From: Eledone cirrhosa | Lineage: Eukaryota | DNA length: 64,000 nucleotides | Assembly (NCBI GenBank): GCA_964016885.1 | Contig: OZ024740.1 | Location: 385,144,001 to 385,208,000, forward strand | Direction of reading: 5' to 3' | Shown here: in pieces, positions 59,360 through 64,000 of the stretch | Layout of the letters: each line of letters starts with the position of its first letter | Position numbering within the stretch: position 1 is the first letter of the stretch | Position numbers and translations under genes: made by a program | The notes under the pieces: generated by a model | Seen by the model: the letters and a program-made list of their open reading frames with translations, nothing else | The model's database searches: none | Told to the model about the DNA's origin: nothing

Positions 59360-59569
59360 ATAATAAAGTAATTGTGGTAAGGAACCAGATGGACCATAAC
59401 GCACCAGAGTACTCAATACTTAGGGTAGTAGAGTGGGAAATGGTAAAAAGTATGACCACGACGGCAGAGCTCAAGCCGTTTCGGCGGCTATTTCTGGACT
59501 ATTTCTGAACTAGTCCAGAAATAGCCGTCGAAGCGGCTTGAGCTCTGCCGTCGGGGTCATACTTTTTCA
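59360..59569 (-). mobile_element. Fold-back half-hammerhead element (copy 3)
   Basis: Reverse-oriented homologue of 45184-45384. Confidence 0.8.
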
Positions 59570-59576
59570 TATATAT

Positions 59577-59668
<92 letters not shown>

Positions 59669-59815
59669 TATTTTTATGTTATGTTGTTTACCGATGGGTG
59701 TAACTAGTGATTCCGGTTAGTAAACGATGATGTAATGAATTAAACCACTCGATTTTATGCAGATCATCAACCGTGAATATCGTATCCAGTGGTTGGAGCA
59801 GGGACGGAGGGAAAT

Positions 59816-60158
59816 ATTCATTAAAAATAACCGAAGACCGGACTGAAAACTTCATAATTCTAATCCTGCGAATACACTTTATATATTTCATATTTCAATG
59901 ATTAGGCTTCGTCATCCGAATATGATGCAAGACTCAGGTGATTTCATCAAGATTCGAAGATGACCTACCGTTACAATAACATGGAATCGGTGGGCCATCT
60001 CCGGGTCAAAACCGGTTCTTTTTTTTCTATTCTCTGTTTGTGTTCACCAAAATCCTGTTCTCTTATATCACTAATCCCGCAATTAACACTCGATGTATAG
60101 TGTTTTCCCAGAATTAAAATTATAACGTTTCCAGTCCGGCCTTCTGTTGTTTTAATAA

Positions 60159-60162
<4 letters not shown>
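59816..60162. mobile_element. MITE-like element with about 50-bp imperfect terminal inverted repeats
   Basis: atattcattaaaaataaccgaagaccggactgaaaacttcataattctaat matches the reverse complement of 60112-60162. Confidence 0.6.
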
Positions 60163-60194
<32 letters not shown>

Positions 60195-60198
<4 letters not shown>

Positions 60199-61260
60199 TC
60201 ACTCTCGACCTAGATACTTCCCTCTATTACCCGTACCACAAACCTAACGAGTCCCTTAAATATATTAATGTTAATTCAAACCACCCCCAAAACATCACTG
60301 ATAACCTAGTAAAAAGCGTCTCTATTAGAATATCTGGCCTCTCCGCCAACAAAGATATTTTTAATGCATCTGCCTCCTACTACAATGACGCCCTCGCCCG
60401 TAACGGATTTAAAGATAAGATAACTTACCTAGAAACCACCGCAAGATTGCAGAGGAGGAATAGACATAGGCAGATTAGCTGGTACAACCCTCCCTTCAAT
60501 AGAGAGGTATCTACTCCGATAGCTAGGATTTTCTTCACTTTACTGAAATTACACTTCCCCATACAACATAGGTACCACACCATCTTTAATAAGAACACAA
60601 TAAGACTGTCTTACTCCACCACACCTAACCTAGCTAGGAATATAGCCAACCACAATTCTAAAAAATTAAATAAGCCAACCACCTCCGAAACCAATCCCCG
60701 GACTGGGGCTCTATGTAATTGCCTAAATAAGGAAGCATGCCCACTTGAAAACAAATGCCTCACAAATGATATCGTATACAAATGCGATGTCATCTCAGGC
60801 ACCGAGGATTGCAAAAAAACTTACATCGGCATGACCACCAACAACTTTAAGACCCGTTGGTATGCCCATACCCACTCCTTCAGAAGACCAGATAAATCAA
60901 ATCAGACAACACTCGCCTCCTACGTTTGGGACCTCAAAAGGAACTCCACCCCTTCACGCTTAAATGGAAAATACTCCAGAAAGCGCGCTCTTACAACGGA
61001 GGACACAAGGGCTGCGACCTTTGTATTTCAGAGAGCTACGAAATTTTATTCGCCAAGGGCCCGCTACTGAACAAACTCTCTGAACACTGCCCGAACTGCA
61101 TGCACAAGAACTTTGCAACTTTCAAACACTTTAAGCCAGTGTTAAAGCCCGATGGCTAAAAACGACCTCCCCCTATTGGCCCCTATACCTCCTCCCCACC
61201 CTACCCCCACCCCTCCTCAACCTGAAATACGGCCACTATGGTTATGTGAGTACCTCTTTC
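60195..61260 (+). mobile_element. 5'-truncated PLE (RT thumb plus GIY-YIG), related to the 48-kb element
   Basis: PYHKPN..YIN..SNHP, WYNPPF, CNC..CPL..C, IVYKC..YIGMT..FKTRWYAH; one frameshift near 60960. Confidence 0.9.
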
Positions 61261-61329
61261 GTATCTACATTTTCTGCCTGTAGAGGTGTTTTTATGTGCC
61301 TGCGTATATGCGTATATTTATTGAGTACT

Positions 61330-61526
61330 TATTTATTTGTATGTGTATATATATATATATATATGTTTGTGTGTATATGTGTTTTATGCGTGTATATTTA
61401 TGTATGTATATGTATGTATATATGTATATATATGTGTATATGTATATGTATATGTATATATGTGTATATATGTGTATGTATGTGTATGTGTATGTATGTA
61501 TGTATGTATGTGTATATGTATGTATG

Positions 61527-61598
<72 letters not shown>

Positions 61599-61600
61599 TA

Positions 61601-61641
<41 letters not shown>

Positions 61642-61676
61642 GTGTGTGGGCAGGTGTGTATATATATGTGTGTATG

Positions 61677-61773
<97 letters not shown>

Positions 61774-61948
61774 GTGCGTGAGAGAGTGTGTATATATATT
61801 TGTGTGTGTGTGTGTGTATGTGTGTATGCGTGTATATATATATATTTATATATGTATATATGTGTGTATATATGCGTTATATGTCTGTATATATATGTGT
61901 ATATTTATGTATAGGTCTGTGTATGTATGTGTATATTTGTATATATAT

Positions 61949-62030
<82 letters not shown>

Positions 62031-62129
62031 GTTTATATATATTTATACATATGCATGTGTATGTGTGTGTGTGTGTATATATATATGTGTATATGTGTGT
62101 GTGTGTATATATGTGTGTGTATATGTATG

Positions 62130-62164
<35 letters not shown>

Positions 62165-62293
62165 ATGTGTATGTGTATATATATATGTATATGTGTGTAT
62201 ATATGTATATATATATATATATATGTGTGTGTATATATATATATGTATATATATATGTATGTTTGTGTATATGTATGTTTGTATGTATGTTTG

Positions 62294-62324
<31 letters not shown>
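61330..62324. repeat. About 1-kb mixed (TA)/(TG) microsatellite
   Basis: Directly visible; similar tracts at 43.1, 43.9, 45.0, 50.1-51.3 and 53.4 kb. Confidence 0.97.
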
Positions 62325-62328
<4 letters not shown>

Positions 62329-63430
62329 AAGTGAGTCCTTCATCAGTGACCCTCCAACCGTCCTCAGCATTTCATCGCTTTAAGGGCCATATGCCTCAGG
62401 TTGGTGCGAACAACGGCTAAAAAAAGTCGTTGGGACACGTAAATAAAGGGGGACGCTAGAGTAACAACAAAAAGGGTTTAAGCAACGGAAAGTGAGTAGA
62501 AATAGACAAGTCCCAGATCTCTATGAATATAAACTCTGTGAAATCGTGAACAAGAGACGAAAGACCATCGAACCTGGTAGAAATGTGAGCAAGGAAAGAA
62601 TTTCGCCCAAGTTTGACGGGGGGAAAAAAGAGAGAGAGAGAGAGACAGAAGAAGAAGAAGAAGAAGAAGAAGAAGAAGAAGAAGAAGAAGAAGAAGAAGA
62701 AGAAGAAGAAGAAGAAGAAGAAGAAGAAGAAGAAGAAGAAGAAGAAGAAGATAAGGTGGTCTGGTCTGCGAAATCGGTAAACGCAAGTTTTGTGAAGTCA
62801 CAGACGAAAGAGAGAGAGAAAAAAATTCCATACCAGCTCGGTCAAGACTGCGCGAGAAAAGAATTACACACAGGTCAAACTTGAAGGAGGAGGAGGAAAG
62901 AGGAGGAGGAGAGGTAGTGACAGAGAATGAGTGAGTGAAAGTTGAGGAGAGGGTAACAGAGAGGGAGAGAGACTGCTAGAAGTGGTAAAGATACAAGGAA
63001 CAGACAGATATGCAGCATGGAAAAGTAATATGTGTAAATATGATGATAATAATGGAGCTGCGGCGTTGCAAATGGGATACATATGAAAAAGTGAGTCCTT
63101 CATCAGTGACCCTCCAACCGTCCTCGGCATTTCATCGCTTTAAGGGCCATATGCCTCAGGTTGGTGCGAACAACGGCTAAAAAAAGTCGTTGGGACACGT
63201 AAATAAAGGGGGACGCTAGAGTAACAACAAAAAGGGTTTAAGCAACGGAAAGTGAGTAGAAATAGACAAGTCCCAGATCTCTATGAATATAAACTCTGTG
63301 AAATCGTGAACAAGAGACGAAAGACCATCGAACCTGGTAGAAATGTGAGCAAGGAAAGAATTTCGCCCAAGTTTGACGGGGGGAAAAAAGAGAGAGAGAG
63401 AGAGACAGAGAAAGGAGAGAAGAAGAAGAA

Positions 63431-63461
<31 letters not shown>

Positions 63462-64000
63462 AAGAAGAAGAAGAAGAAGAAGAAGAAGAAGAAGAAGAAG
63501 AAGAAGAAGAAGAAGAAGAAGAAGAAGAAGAAGAAGAAGAAGAAGAAGAAGAAGAAGAAGAAGAAGAAGAAGAAGAAGAAGAAGAAGAAGAAGAAGAAGA
63601 TAAGGTGGTCTGGTCTGCGAAATCGGTAAACGCAAGTTTTGTGAAGTCACAGACGAAAGAGAGAGAGAAAAAAATTCCATACCAGCTCGGTCAAGACTGC
63701 GCGAGAAAAGAATTACACACAGGTCAAACTTGAAGGAGGAGGAGGAAAGAGAAGGAGGAGAAGTAGTGACAGAGAATGAGTGAGTGAAAGTTGAGGAGAG
63801 GGTAACAGAGAGGGAGAGAGACTGCTAGAAGTGGTAAAGATACAAGGAACAGACAGATATGCAGCATGGAAAAGTAATATGTGTAAATATGATGATAATA
63901 ATGGAGCTGCGGCGTTGCAAATGGGATACATATGAAAAAGTGAGTCCTTCATCAGTGACCCTCCAACCGTCCTCGGCATTTCATCGCTTTAAGGGCCATA
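62321..64000. repeat. Tandem repeat with units 62321-63080 (760 bp), 63081-63929 (849 bp) and a third starting at 63930; variable internal (GAA)n
   Basis: Units are nearly identical except for (GA)n/(GAA)n length; the array continues off the window. Confidence 0.95.

Noticed and set aside
59745-59815. Possible splice acceptor and short exon (IINREYRIQWLEQG)
   Set aside because: No donor site or recognisable homology.
62478-63680. Poly-E, poly-K, poly-R and poly-L ORFs
   Set aside because: Frames of (GAA)n; the frame differs between repeat units.

Overview
AT-rich animal genomic DNA made almost entirely of retrotransposons and microsatellites. I found no convincing host gene; the SINE and repeat content suggest a coleoid cephalopod (octopus), which is an inference. 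The window has two compartments. (1) About 1-37.4 kb is a pile-up at (AAT/TTA)n microsatellites: Tx1/L1-like LINEs, at least eight R4/Dong-like restriction-like-endonuclease (RLE) LINE copies and tRNA-derived SINEs. (2) About 38-64 kb holds Penelope-like elements (PLEs; RT plus GIY-YIG) and non-coding derivatives embedded in (TA)n, many with inverted pLTR arms. The most interesting signal is a set of type I hammerhead-ribozyme motifs in the PLE termini: one with a 105-nt rod-like stem II, several with a compensatory U3-A8 core, and repeated fold-back half-hammerheads whose symmetry axis is stem II. All structures were read by eye; the boundaries of degenerate relics are approximate.
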